Below are positions 13,014-28,160 of a DNA stretch of 64,000 nucleotides, piece after piece (position 1 is the first letter of the stretch; each line of letters opens with the position of its first letter). Below the pieces are notes generated by a model. The model worked only from the letters and a program-made list of their open reading frames with translations, made no database searches and had not been told where the DNA came from. Made by a program: the position numbers and the translations under genes. Where the stretch lies: assembly GCA_964016885.1 (NCBI GenBank), contig OZ024747.1, positions 64,356,001 to 64,420,000 of the forward strand. Direction: 5' to 3'. This DNA is from Eledone cirrhosa. Taxonomy: Eukaryota.

Positions 13014-13735
13014 TACATATGCATACATATATATTTACACCTATATAAATATATATATTATAAATATATGTATTATATACTAATTTCCATATTTACTTAT
13101 TTATTTATGAACTTTTCATATTCATCACGGTAACAATAAGTCCACCCCACCGCCGCCAAAAAAAAAAAAATAATAATAACAAAGTGAAATATTGAAATGA
13201 AAAAGAGATCATGTATACAAATCTATCGATGCAGATATTTGTTACAATGTTTTCACAACGGTACAGAATATTTAAATACTGGCGACTGTTTTGTGAAGAA
13301 AGATTATTAAATAACATCAATAACATCCCAGGCAGCCTTTTGTTCAAACTATTGGAAACATCGCTGAGAAATATGACTTAATATTACATTCGTGATGTTT
13401 ACGTCTAGTTTTCCAGCTATAGCAAAACAATTTTGAATTTCCTTTCTGAAACGTTACTTGATTTTCAATGAAAAATATATAGAAAGAATAAAACTAACAC
13501 AAATATATTCGATCTAAACGGTGGAACAATTTGAAGTATATTTTCTACAGTTAAACATCTATAATTTCATTATAACTGTAATGTTAACTGTAATCTGGTT
13601 ACGATTATTTATGATCAAGTTGCGTGTTATATAGTATTTATATATATATATATCTGATGGTATATTTACTTAGTGGCGGTTTCAACTATATTTCATACAA
13701 TTGTATCGTATACTCGCTGTATTTTATACACTTAC

Positions 13736-13788
<53 letters not shown>

Positions 13789-13844
13789 TATAAGTATGAG
13801 TGTGCGTGTGTGTGTGTTTGTGTATTTATATATATATTCTAACA

Positions 13845-13980
13845 AACGATCGACAAGATCCCAGACGTCATTCTTAACGAATGCGGTGGGGCAAATCCAA
13901 TAGAAGGAGGGACGTGAAATAAATTGTCTGGCTCACAATTGCAAATCCAATTCGCTAACCACTTAGTCACGCGCCTTCAC
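13845..13980 (-). mobile_element. Internally deleted tRNA-derived SINE (same family as 47652-47872)
   Basis: CTAACCACTTAGTCACGCGCCTT head; tail CGATCGACAAGATCCC...TTAACGAATG also seen at 7967-8050. Confidence 0.6.
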
Positions 13981-13984
13981 ACAA

Positions 13985-14043
<59 letters not shown>

Positions 14044-14528
14044 TTAGTATGCATGGATCTGGCATAATTTCTTTAATTTCATTACGTCAATGACACATTT
14101 CGTTGGCATACAGTATGCAATTGATACAACCTCATCAGACAGTAAACATGTAACGGATCGCTGAAAGAGCGACATCAGAATAGTTGTGGGGTGTATAACA
14201 CAGTACAACATGTACACACTACACTATACACACACACGCATACTCACACATTTTTATATAAATAATAGCTTATCAAATTGGGTAAAGATCCCTAGATATG
14301 GTAAAATATATTCAGCGTCCACTACGAAGAATCGAACTCCCTATCACCCATATATAGGCTATGTTTTCTAACCATTGAGCTAAGGGACACGCGAGAACAA
14401 ACATCTTACTAAGGAGCTAAATTAAACAGTCGGGTGTGAAGCCAACATTTTCGAACTTACTAAGCACCGAGCCAATAAATATTCGATGAATTAATATTGT
14501 ATTGCATCGCATATGTGTATGTGAATCA

Positions 14529-14657
<129 letters not shown>

Positions 14658-14983
14658 TTAAGTATTAATATATAAGGGAACAATTAATCAGTGTTGCAGC
14701 TTATATATATTTAATTATATATTACATATGTTTCTCTGTCGATCACCTCACTGTTGCTCATTCGGCATAAAGCCTATGGACGCAATTAAGTTGCACCTTA
14801 ATAGCTATGTGTGTGTGTATATATATATATATATTTATTAAAATAACAGATTAAAGTTTAAGCAAAGAATAGCTGTTTTCACCATTAACGGATCTTATGA
14901 AACTAAAAAAGTCAATCTGTGAACGCAGAAGTAAATATTTCAAAACATGTTGCAACTGAAGGAAGACAGGAAGACGATACTTT

Positions 14984-15268
14984 GGTTCGTGGAAACGTTC
15001 CCTGGCAAAGAACGAAAAAAAAACGAAGATAATACGTCATTATTTGGAGAAGTGAAAACAATTACACGCGAAGACAAAACCACGTTTATGGTATAAATGA
15101 AGTCGTAGACTAATTTTCTATTAGGCGGTTCATGGAGACGTTCTCTTGCAATGATCGGAAAAAACGAAGATAATACGTCATTATGTGGACCAATGAGAAC
15201 AATTACACGCAAAAGCAAAACCACGTAAATGGTATAACTGAAGTCGTAGACTAAAATTCTATTTAGGA
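14984..15268. repeat. Diverged tandem duplication, two units of about 142 bp
   Basis: AAAAAACGAAGATAATACGTCATTAT...CAATTACACGC...CAAAACCACGT...TGAAGTCGTAGACTAA appears twice. Confidence 0.9.
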
Positions 15269-16062
15269 AACCGAATGATTCTCAGCTTCGGAGTTGAGAA
15301 TAAAGTAAATAAAATACAGAGGTAATTGAAATTAAATATATACATATACACATCCATATACGTACATACACAAACATACGCGAAACCACTCCCAATGGGT
15401 ATGCAAATACAAGCACGTACACAACAAACAAAAACAAAAAAAACACACACACACGCACATACAGAACCCACGCGACGCCTGTACCGCACACATACGAAAG
15501 TATACACCAAATACATATAAAAAAATAAATAAAACCATATATATATACACACGTGTGTGCGTGCGTGTGCGTGTATATATAATTAAATAAATATACACAC
15601 ATAAATACGTATACAACGCGCGCACACACACATCCACATGTAAAGACACATATGTTCGCGGACGCACGTCAACCCGAACACAAAATACACATATGCACAC
15701 ACCCTACATACGTACGAACCCGCATACTCACACAGACGCAAAACTCCCGTATACACATAACCAAATGCACATGTACCAGTATATATAATATATACGCCAA
15801 TAACATATACAAGCAAATATACGTACGATAAAATATACGTACCTTCACAAAACATACAGGCAACATATACTTACCTATACGAATAAGTAATGGTATTAAC
15901 ATAGCATATACTTAGCTACCACATCAAGACGGAAAATATCCGGGTATAGTTCGTACTATCCGTTAAGGTATAATATGAGGCTGTAATACAGGAAAGTTTT
16001 GTTCAATTTATGTTTACAAGATCGAATCCTCTTTAGATTTTAGTCTTCAAATTTATTATTAT

Positions 16063-16102
<40 letters not shown>

Positions 16103-16341
16103 AAATATGAAAACCTGGTACTACTTTGCCATACTCGCTGGCAGTGATCCGATATCTGAATTAGATAAGTATGACGACGACGTTGCATGCTTAAGTTGAT
16201 TACACTCGAATATTGTTTGCGATGATGGCATTGCAAAACAGGCAATTAATCAACCATTGAAATAAGATAACTCTTTCTCTCTCTCTCTCTGTCTGTCTGT
16301 ATCTCTCTCTGTGTGTGCGTATGTGTATGTGTTTGTGTGTG

Positions 16342-16382
<41 letters not shown>

Positions 16383-16417
16383 ACATGTGAGTGTGTGTGT
16401 GTGTGTATGTGCGTACA

Positions 16418-16499
<82 letters not shown>

Positions 16500-17664
16500 T
16501 GTATAATTAATGTTATTAAAGCGGTATGGGAAATTTCAATCTAAAACGTGATGTGCATTTATATTGGTGGAGGTACACATCAAACATAGTGAAATGTTCC
16601 TCTTATATCTCGTTATTTGGAAATTTCCCACATATTTTCATTGAAAACAAACGATAATTTCATTAGTGAAATCATGTTTTGCAATGCTCTCTCTCCTCTT
16701 TTTTTTCTTACTACTAAAATGACTCTATTATTGAACAAAAGTCAATTTAAAATAATTCATGCTTTTACATTTTTTCAATGTCTATTGCCGCGACACATGA
16801 ATTATAGAGGCAAAACACGGCATCAGAAATTACATATATGATATCGGAGCTCTGTGATTGGTAAATATTGAAGGACATTGTTTTCTTCAATGTTTTAAAC
16901 TATATTATATTGATATAATAAAATGAAAAAAGTATAAATATATAAATATAATTTTATATATGCGACAGCCAAAACTTTTCCTTTCTGTTATACCGACAAC
17001 AATTATATATAGTAATATACATTGGAGGTAAGTAAGCTTTGTTACATAAAATATGAAATATTTACCCTTGTCACAACAACACAGTTTCGTCTAACATATA
17101 TACAAAAAATTAGAATACACAGCAGACCCCCCCCCCCCCAGTTTTAGATATCAAAGTTAGCTTGGCGCAAGTAATTGGAATTGAAATGTAATACATACAG
17201 GTATTATATTCAAAAATTCTAACCCTCCTAAAACTATAAAAGCCCAGCCGAGGGCACAAATATATTGCTACCGCCGTCGTTGATGGACTTCACTAAATGC
17301 AGAGGGCCGGGGGCAATTGCCCCCTTTGACTCCATTAAATCCGGCTTTGCGCGCAACTATGTTGTTCTGTGCTCGATCCTATAGTGCAGCTCACTCTGAC
17401 ATGTATTTACTGTCTTTGCCCCAGTTTTATCATCAGTAGATGCTGAAGGTGAAGATAACTTTTACTGTAAATATTGATTATTTTGTAGTCGCTATTAGAT
17501 ACATGTTTGTTTGAAAGTAATTTTATAGTTTGGTAACTCATTATAATTTATTCACATTGCTTTTATCAGACCGAACTACAATGATTACAAAACCGGCAAA
17601 AAATCAGCTATCTTCCATACTGTTATACTTCTTCAATATATTTCATAACATACTCTCCAACTTG

Positions 17665-17930
17665 TGGAGGCACGTGGCATAGTTGAAAGGGTGTTGGCTT
17701 ACAACCATAACGTAGATTTCTGGACTGGGTTGTCTATTGTGTTCTTGAGCAAAACGCTTCATTTCACGTTGTTCAGGTCTACTCAACTGAATATGAGTAC
17801 CAGCAATAGTTAGGAGTTTAACCCTGCGATAGACGGGCGTCCTGTCCAGAGGGGAGTACTCTCAGTCACTTAACGTCATAGAAAACGGAATAAACACTGG
17901 CCTAGTGAATCTCCAGATTGAGACAAATTT
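17665..17930 (+). mobile_element. tRNA-derived SINE with CORE/Meta-like box
   Basis: GGAGGCACGTGGCATAGTTG head and TTGTGTTCTTGAGCAAAACGCTTCATTTCACGTTG box. Confidence 0.65.
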
Positions 17931-18310
17931 TAGACTCTCCAACATCCATAGCAACTAATAGACCAGGCACCATTTAAAGAAAGAAATATTTTATAAGTTT
18001 TACATTATCAGTTACAACTAAATTAAATATAAAATAAACTTATAAATTATGAATAATTTAGCCATTTGAGTTAAGATCTTTAACAAAATAGTAATTGAAT
18101 TAAATGCTTTCGTGAGTTTTATATCTAATAATTATAATATTCTATTCGTTTGCAAGCAAACCGCCTCATACGCTATGTTTTATAGATAACCAACGCCGTC
18201 ATTTTGTTCTCTGTCACCGCAAGAACGAAAGGATGGCGATGATCATCTAAAAACTATAGTGTTATGAGGCCGTTTTCTTGCAAGCGAATCGATTATTATC
18301 ATTCGATATA

Positions 18311-18537
18311 GGGCAGCGGATTGGCAGATCGGGAGGGCGTCGGACAATATGCTTTGCAGCATAGTGTTACGGCCACTTATGATCCGAGTTCAAATCCTGC
18401 CAAGGTTAACTTCGTATTTCATCCTTACAGGAGCGATAAAATAAAGTACCAGTCATATCCTGGCGTCGATTTAATAGACTGTCCCCCCAAAAAAAATTGT
18501 TGGCCTTGTGCCTATATAAGAAACCATTATTATTATT
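18311..18537 (+). mobile_element. SINE (Nin/Deu-type, long form)
   Basis: GGGCAGCGGATTGGCAG...GAGTTCAAATCC...GATAAAATAAAGTACCAG...(ATT)n tail. Confidence 0.8.
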
Positions 18538-18724
18538 CAATATCAAACTCATGAATACATTTACATATCCGCTATTTTAAAGCGAAAAACAACAACAAAA
18601 CAAATTCTAATTTTTTTTTAAATTTAATTAACAAAACTAGAAATTAAACTAATCAAATATTTATGGCAGTTAGATAGGAAAATCCAATATGAGATAGAGG
18701 CGATTTCTATTAACACAAACACAA

Positions 18725-19110
18725 AGTCGTGTGGGCATATGGTTAGACTGTTTCAGGAAAGAATCGCTGGACAGATTTTACAGGCAAAACTAACCGACAG
18801 GAAACCCAGGTTTAAACCCCGTGTAAGATGTTTGGATAACATGCATGAGCTTGACTGGTCTGGTTTGGAGACGCAGCAGGTTCAGTTGGAGACGGTTGGT
18901 TCTGACAGGAACCACTGGAAGAAGTGTTTTTCCTCTGCCCCCATGTCCCACTCAGAAATAAGTGGGGAACGAATAAGACAAATACAAAGAAGACGAAGAC
19001 GAAGAATACAAAGAATACAAAGAATACAAAGAAGAAGAAGCATACAAAGAAGAAGAAGAAGAAGAAGAAGAAAAAGAAAAAGAAAAAGAAAAAGAAGAAG
19101 AAGAAGAAAC
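18725..19110 (+). pseudogene. RTE-type LINE 3' end with (GAA)n-rich tail
   Basis: GHMVRL..ERIAGQILQAKLTDRKPRFKPRVRCLD...DRNHWKK resembles the RTE C-terminal GHxxRM..GxRxRGRP..RW.D..DR..W motif. Confidence 0.7.
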
Positions 19111-19889
19111 CACGGACGTAATTGTCTAAAATAAAGTGATAACATATAATGTTACAGTTGTAGAGACATCTCTGTTGAAGAACATTGAGAAAATAATACC
19201 AACATCTATTCAAGTGTTTTTTGTTAAAGATATACAACAAATATAAACAAATAGGAAATAACAAATATCCAGGGGGATGATATTCAAAATAACATAACCT
19301 ACTTAAAAGTTAAAACCTGATAGAGAATGTCTGAAATCAGAGTTACTAGTGCATTTGCAACGACTCCAACGTTTCTGTGAGTATGTCAAACAGTTAAAAT
19401 AAGACCAAAACTATTTGCTCAAGAATGTGGTAAATATCATACAGATATCAATCTAGCACGATCTGCGATAGAAGTAAAACAATTTCGGGGACGATTATAT
19501 TGTCACGATATAAATCACGAGAGTTGTGATAATCATTCTTCCGCTTACCAGTTTAAGATAAATATAAGTTTAAAGAAAAATATTCATTTGTATTTTTAAA
19601 ATTATACATTGTTTAGTATGAGATAATCTTTTTTCTTTCATAAGCTTTCCTAGGAGGTCATAAATGTAAGATTATTAGTTCAGATGCTGCAAAAAAAAAA
19701 ACCCACTAGTGAAAGGAACCAGTAAAGAAATACTGACATGGCCCAAGGCACTACCAGTCTGAATGTCTGGAACTGCACATATGCTATGTAGAATTGTTAC
19801 GGTCCATTAAAAAAAAAATATTGTAAGTAGAAAAGTTTCGTAACTATAGAAAACAAATTATCAAACAATACCACATATATACACACACA

Positions 19890-19940
<51 letters not shown>

Positions 19941-19959
19941 GTGTGTGTGTATGTGTATA

Positions 19960-20068
<109 letters not shown>

Positions 20069-20813
20069 TTTTCTTTACACATATATGCTTAAATATGTTG
20101 GTTTATTTGCGTATATATCCTTTCGTATTTAAATCCGTTTCATTTTCGTATTACACACACGAACAACCACCCAATACTGTGTTGTATATAGAGACCCAAA
20201 CCTAGGTAGGATTAAAAATCTAAGCTGACTTCGGAAAACACCCTTTACGCATATTTGATTAATAATGCAATAAAATTAAAAACGAAACACTTACATGTGG
20301 ACGTGATATTTCTCCTGGTATTTGAATTTATTACATTGCCCCCAATTAACTGTTCTACCTAGGCTCATATGTATTTCAGATCATTCTTTCACGCAGCTTA
20401 TTGTTATTCTACAGGCGATATCGATCTACTGAGACTACGAAACTTTTCACTTCTATGGTTGCTGTTTTATTTTTTTCTCTAGTATTCGACTGCATGTTTG
20501 TTTTCTTTCTCACTAAAGAGAATTTACAATTTGCTGCAAGCATCTGTTGTATTCTCTTGATAGCAGTTTCTACTCTATATAAGATCAGTTATAATTCTCC
20601 AATACTTATTTCTATTATATATTGTTGGGGTTTCTTCTATTCTTCGCATTATTCTCTACTACATCACCGCCGTCACCATTGCCACAATTTATGAATGGTT
20701 TAACTGATGTTATCCCCGATGCCACCAAGAGCTTAGGTAGAGATAGGATTCATCGGTGATGGAAGCATGCAGTGAGCGTGGAGTAGTTAACTTTTGTGAT
20801 CTGCTTGTCTGTG

Positions 20814-20910
<97 letters not shown>

Positions 20911-21012
20911 GCACATATATACACATATATATACATATATTCATATACATATATACATACACACACATATATACATATTTATACATATACATATATACAT
21001 ATACACCCCCCC

Positions 21013-21136
<124 letters not shown>

Positions 21137-23872
21137 GCGAAATGAACGATATATAAGAATATTGAATCATTGATGCAATAACATGAGGTAATACAAATAG
21201 ATAAATGGATGCATAGACACAAGATACGTAAGCGGAAAGAGATGTAGGCATAGAAAGTATAAAAAGAGATAAATACAAATACATAGTTAGGTACAAAGAT
21301 AGCTAGATCTAGGACTAGATAACCACGAGAATAGAAGGAACATAGAAAGATAGACAGAAAGAAAGCAAAATGCACATTCAGCAGATGAATAAACACAAAT
21401 TTGTTGTTGATCTGTGTTTGTGTTTATGCTTACTTCGGCCTAAAACCAGTGTAAGTCATATTTTCTTTCTGCTCGTCTCAGAATGTAGCAGTTAGACAAA
21501 TTGTGACCAATAAAACAAGTTCCAAACAGTCATACATGCTGGGGTTTATGATGATTGATTAAAACATTGAGTAACTTGCACCTAGCATTGCTGCTCTCCA
21601 ATGTTTGAAAACAAGTAAAAGTTATGTATTTTCAAATGCATGCATGTACACACACACTCACACACCCACACCCACACACACACACACATATATATATATA
21701 GTTACATAAGAAGCAAAATCGATAATTCACGTCGGCCTCTGTGTCTATGTCAACAAATTGATCTAAATTCCTCACTATAAATATATATATTGTGTGTGAG
21801 AGAGAAAGAGAGAGATGGAGAGAGAGAGATATAGAAAGAGAGAGAGGGGGGAAAGAGAGCGGGAGGTGCAAAGAGAGAAAGAGACAACATCGGACACACC
21901 ATGAGTATGGAATCACATATTAGCAAATGTGTTGTCATTTGTATACATAAAAAATTTCCAACCTAATATTAATACCATTATCTTTCTATCTGCCTCTTTC
22001 TCTCTCTCACCCCCTTTATCTATCCCTTTCTCTCCCTTTCTTTCGCTTTACATATGTATTTGAGCAAGACAGATATAATTAGATAGGGACGAAGACACTG
22101 AACTAAGATAATGAGAAATTTAGAAAATGTTGTCTGGGTAAGTAGACATATTGATACATGGATATATGGATAGTTACATAATTAGCTAAGTAGTCAGACA
22201 GATTCAAATATATAGTAGAAAACAACAATCAGCAAGTCTCACGAAGAACGACAACAAGTAGACAAGTTAACACAAAGAAAACTAGCGTGGGAATAGAATG
22301 AGCAGGATGTAACAGCCAAAAAGAAAGAAATTGCAAGATATATGCTGTCTTCTCTTTCTAAATCTATAATTGACGTTTGTTTCGATTTGCTAATACTAAT
22401 ATCTACATCGATTGTAACAAGTAAAAATGAAAAGAAAATGGAAGTATTACTTTACTATTGCAAGTCATTAATTTTCTGAATTCTAATGGAGCTAAAATCA
22501 GAAGCAGAGTGTGTGGAGACAGTTGATATACGTGATGTATCGCAACTACCACTACACTAATCTGAAAACAACAACTGCAATGGAGGATTACATTGCAGTT
22601 ATTGGAATTACGTTTTCACAATGTTATATTTATCCCCAATATATTATTGACCAATTTATTTACAAGTTTCAGTTTGTTTTTTTACATTTGAGTCATACAT
22701 CCCAGCAAATTGTTGCTTATATTCCAATAACTCGCCTCTTAAATGCGTGGGGTGACATTCCCTCCTTCCAAGAAACGTAATTCCCCACGGAATAAACTGT
22801 TTTGTGACCTTGCCTTCCGAGGTAACAGAATAATTCATTCTATAAGTTTAATCGTGCTTGGGAGGCAAGAGTAGAGCAGGTATTGAAAAGCCTGAGAGAA
22901 AACTGCCAAGATCCGGTGGAGTGCTGCATGAAAGGGGTATAGGATATAATGCATACCATTGGAGCTTCACATTTGACAGTTTGCACGTTGTTCACTTTGT
23001 AAACAAAACGGGATTCCGGCCTGTATCTGAATGAGCAGGAGGCGAGTAACCAAAAACAACGTTGGAGAATGTATATGGCGACAGATGAAGAAAAGTAAGC
23101 GCACAGATAAGTGCCACTTGAAAATAAGCTGAGGTTTGAACAATCTCCATCGGATCACCTAAATAATGTTAAACAACATAGGTGATATGACGAATGCTTT
23201 GCATCCGTGGCTGTGTAAAGAACTTGCGTTTCGACCTCACAATAGCAAACATTTCCACCGTTCCAGGGTCATTAATGTGAATAAACCTCATATACTTTTG
23301 TCGATTTAATCGACTATACATCAGGCCTACTCATGTGTTGCTTTGTACCAATATACGAAATCAATAATTAAAACAATAAACTTATGTTATCTTACTGATT
23401 AATTTTGTATATGATTGCGTCTCGTCTACATATTGTAGACGATCGTTTAGAGTCGATTGGTTTGATCTCACTATATTATTAACGTTTATTTTCTTGTCTC
23501 TAGAGTGATAAATATCAAAGCCAATTCCCCGAAAGCCTACACTGAATATATTAAATGCTCTACGTCATTTAATCCGGCGCTGAACCGTGTCTGTCTAATA
23601 TATATCATAATATATTGAAGAATAATGCTAGGATAAAAAAAATGTTGCAATCCAGCGTCATGTAATCGTTTTCTTATCATAAATATCGTAAATTTACTTT
23701 CTAGCCACAGACTACATTCTTGAACATACGCTTCATTATAAATATGATGTAACCAGCATATTAATTAAGGATAATAATAAACAATTAATTACGTAATTAA
23801 TTATAAATCTCAATGTTCTATGCATGTAATAAAGGGGTCAGACATAAAGATTGCTGATGGCAAAACAAAATA

Positions 23873-24055
23873 GTGGCAGTATCGGTAGAAGGTCGGACGC
23901 CATGCTTTGCAGCATAGAGTTATGCCCCTTTATGGTCTGAATTCAAATCCCCCCAAGGTTAACTTTGCCTTTCATCCTGACGGGGTCGATAAAATAAAGT
24001 AGCAGTAATGTACTGTGTAATTGGTGGCCTTGTTTCAAAAATAGAAACAAGTATT
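23873..24055 (+). mobile_element. SINE (Nin/Deu-type, short form)
   Basis: GGTTAACTTTGCCTTTCATCCTGACGGGGTCGATAAAATAAAG. Confidence 0.85.
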
Positions 24056-24927
24056 AGTTCTAAACAGTAGCACAAGAAGAAATAGATTGATAGATGGAAG
24101 GGTTGATTTGCTAAACTCCAGCAGATAGTTGGTGATTATATTTGTTGTCGAATCTAGCATTATTAGAGAAAACTTTAATACAGCATTTATATGAAGGATA
24201 CAGACATAATGAGAAGATGGAAAGTGTGAAAAGAAATTGTATATGTGTGAGCCAGTGTCTAAATATTTGCAAGTATACCGAAATGTCTTTTATATTTTAT
24301 ATGTATAGTAGCTACAGCAAATCATGTGTATATTTATCTAATTATTGTATAGGAAAGCTTGTACTTCTAAGAAAAGCACTATCCTGTGGGCCAGTACAAC
24401 GAGGCGGACTGACCGTTAAATTTCATTTATGGAGGTGACATATTGATCAGATTTATTTTCGTAAGCATAGTTATTAAAAAGTGAAGATATTTAATAGTAA
24501 CTCTCTTTCCTACCCTTGCTAAGTACATACCTTGCATGTAATAGATACAGACGACTGCTATTTATATAAAGATCCTACTTTGGTCGCCGAAAAGGTTAAG
24601 AAATAGCTTTGAAAGTTAAGAACAAGTTGGTTGTGGTTGGTTTATAATAAAAATTACATGTCGAGCTATACACAAATCGGAAACCTCCTGTATTGACCGT
24701 TAATGTTCCGTCAGACACAACTGACACCCAAACAAATAGTAATAATCTGTGTGTCTACATATTTCTTAGCTTTCTTTACCCCAGAAACAGTTTCATCAGT
24801 GAATCGTCTATACCATTAATATCCATGCATCTAAAGGTTCCGGACTACTTTTGTAGTCCGGTTATACCTGGCATAGACCATTCGTCTCAAGCCCAATCAC
24901 AGCCAATTTACTTCTTTCCCTCCTCCT

Positions 24928-24963
<36 letters not shown>

Positions 24964-25484
24964 GTTTAGTTGTAAGAATTGTTAACTAATGATCGGTAAT
25001 TTGGTATCAATACTAGCATATTCAATAAAAGTACCAGTTAAAAGAGGAGAGCGAGACAGACTGAGTGAAGGATAGTGGGTAGTTGAGAGAGAGAGAGAGT
25101 CGTCTCTACCTCTGTATCGATTCTTAATCTATCTTATCGACTTTGAAAGGATAAGAGGCATATGTGCCCTCGAAATATCATACACCATTCTATACAGTAT
25201 TCTAACGAATTTTTCACCAACAATCAGGATGTTTCGAGAAACATAACTATGCGTAATCTACATGGAATATGAGTAGTATTGTGTGAATGTATATTTTATA
25301 AATACAGTAACGGATTTATGTATTTTTCCATTGTATATTTACTAACTTCCCGTGTTGAATTTTAAACTATATACGCATCCTTGTAGTATACACTAATACA
25401 AACGTGTCCATGCTAGCTCCATATTTGTGGTAGAATCGTATCTATTTTGTATCCTGGTTGAATTATACTCGGGTATCGTGAATG

Positions 25485-25524
<40 letters not shown>

Positions 25525-25529
<5 letters not shown>

Positions 25530-25706
25530 AAAAGAGTCAGGACCCCGACGGCTGTGCTCCATCCGTTTCGACAGTTCGGATCTAACTGTCGCCACGGCCG
25601 GAGCGCTGGCGTCGGGTCCTGACTCTTTTCCTATTATCCACTCTACTACTCTAAGTATCGAGTATTCTGGTGTGTCATAGTCCACTTGGCTCCTTACCAC
25701 TCTTAC
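25525..25706 (+). mobile_element. Fold-back family A, copy 2 (hairpin 25525-25634 plus tail) between (TA)n tracts
   Basis: ATAGGAAAAGAGTCAGGACCC/GGGTCCTGACTCTTTTCCTAT outer arms; centre CGACAGTT-CGGATCT-AACTGTCG; tail shared with 11.1 and 36.5 kb. Confidence 0.8.
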
Positions 25707-26010
25707 ATATATATATAAATGGAGTGTGTGAGTCTTGAACTTTCGAACTTACAGAAGACAGAAACATTATATTTATATGAATATTTAGGAAGGTCAGATG
25801 CGTGAAGTAAGTGCAATGATAGTCAGATGCTCTAAAATATCTTTAAAACATTCTAGAGACTGAACAGTTTCCAGCGGCCACAGGGGAAAATCGAACTCTG
25901 GTAATCGATACTTGGTATCGGTCAATAGCAAAAGTTTTCCCTCCCTGGGGAACATTAATCAATTTTTATAAGCTATATTATAGCAACTAACTGTAACTCT
26001 AGTGAGCTTC

Positions 26011-26047
<37 letters not shown>

Positions 26048-26287
26048 AGTGTGTGTGTGTGTGCGCGTGCGTATATGTATATATGTATATACATCTCTCT
26101 CTCTATATATATATGGACGTGTATGTGTGCGTGTGTGTATAAATATCTCTCTCTCTCTATTTATATATATATATGTGTGTGTATATATATATGTATATGT
26201 ATATATGTATATATATATAAGTATATATGTATATATATATATGTATGTATATATGTAGGTATGTATATATATATATATATATGTATG

Positions 26288-26319
<32 letters not shown>

Positions 26320-26988
26320 ATTATATATAATTATATATGCATTTTTATACTATGTCTGTATATATTTGTAGTATGTATATATATGTACGTGCGTTTAAAC
26401 TCAATAAATGAGCACTCCTTAGACAGCTTAATAAACCTTTTTGTCACTCAAATTTCAATATAATTCTATTCATTTCAATCCCTTCATGCCAAATGTGTTC
26501 TATCAAACACATAATATATGCTTTAAACAACAAGGACCAATAAAGCGCTGCTACACCAAACCTTCCAGTGCCAAGCAAATCCTGGAAATTGTATAGATTC
26601 TTATACTTTCCGCCATTGAAAAATAAATATAATAAATATTTAAAGTTCAGCGTTCATTCCTATTTTAGAAATGATACCTATTTCTCGGTGAGATGAAATT
26701 TTGCGCTCTATCCTAAACTTTCGTATTGGCGTTATTCAATACAATTTGTGGAGAGCCTGTCAAAAGTGATTGATTTGTATTAGTTCGTGGGAAATATATG
26801 GTCCACTACAAGAGTTCTAACTGATGTAGAAATGGACAGAACGAAAGAACGAAACAAGGAAAGAAACGTGACAACCTTTCATTGGTTCATTCCTGCTGTT
26901 ACCGTTAGTCACTACACACACACTCAGTCAGACAGATATGTACACATAGTATATATATATATATATACATACACACACACGCACACAC

Positions 26989-27019
<31 letters not shown>

Positions 27020-27100
27020 CATACACATATATATGCATACACACACACACGCACATATATATATATATATATATATATAAATATACATATATACATACAC

Positions 27101-27131
<31 letters not shown>

Positions 27132-27152
27132 AATATACATATATACATACAC

Positions 27153-27214
<62 letters not shown>

Positions 27215-27409
27215 GGGCATATATATATATGCAAACAGACATATATAGATATATATACACATATATATATATATACAAACACACATATATGCATATATAC
27301 ACATATTTATATATATATACATACACATATATATACACATACATACATATGCACACACACATACACTCACACATACACATATATACACACATACACACAC
27401 ACATATATG

Positions 27410-27445
<36 letters not shown>

Positions 27446-27482
27446 CATATATACATGTATATACACATATATATATATACAT

Positions 27483-27529
<47 letters not shown>

Positions 27530-27530
27530 A

Positions 27531-27566
<36 letters not shown>

Positions 27567-27577
27567 TAACACACACA

Positions 27578-27625
<48 letters not shown>

Positions 27626-28160
27626 TATATATATATATATAAGTGAGTGTGTTAAGTTAATATCGATCTTGCTCCCAGTCGTTCTTGCAGCTGTTTTCAA
27701 ATTTGTAAAAAATGAAATCTATGTCATCCATAAATTGCAATGACAGTCATGGACAGGTTACTGCCTTACGAATCTGTCATCCGCCGTGTCTGTCCAGTGA
27801 AGTCTAACATTTTGGATAAAACAATATATGGCAGATTGATATATCATTGCGGGTTGAGACTTTTGATTTAGTAACTGTTAGAAGTGATGAATTATAAATA
27901 AAGTATATCATATTTTATGTCATTTATAGATGAATTTTCATGAGGTAGGGTTCAATGTTATTAACCTATATTTTCTCAGCTTACCTATTGAAAAACATAC
28001 TTTCTATACACAGTGGTACAACAATATCTTGTGATGAAGCAATCAAGCTTCAACTTCCAAAGCCAAACCCCTAATAACTATGTAGCTGTAAGCAGTTTGA
28101 CCGTGTATTAAATTGATAAAGTAGTCAGCTATTTGTTTAAATATATTCCTTTATATAGCA

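Noticed and set aside
14715-14772. Minus-strand CCGAATGA...GAAACATATGTA hammerhead-like motif
   Set aside because: Helix III palindrome is present but stem II does not pair and the 5' core is off.
18924-19145. Lys/Arg-rich or poly-Phe ORFs
   Set aside because: Translations of the (GAA)n/(GAAAA)n tail of an RTE relic.
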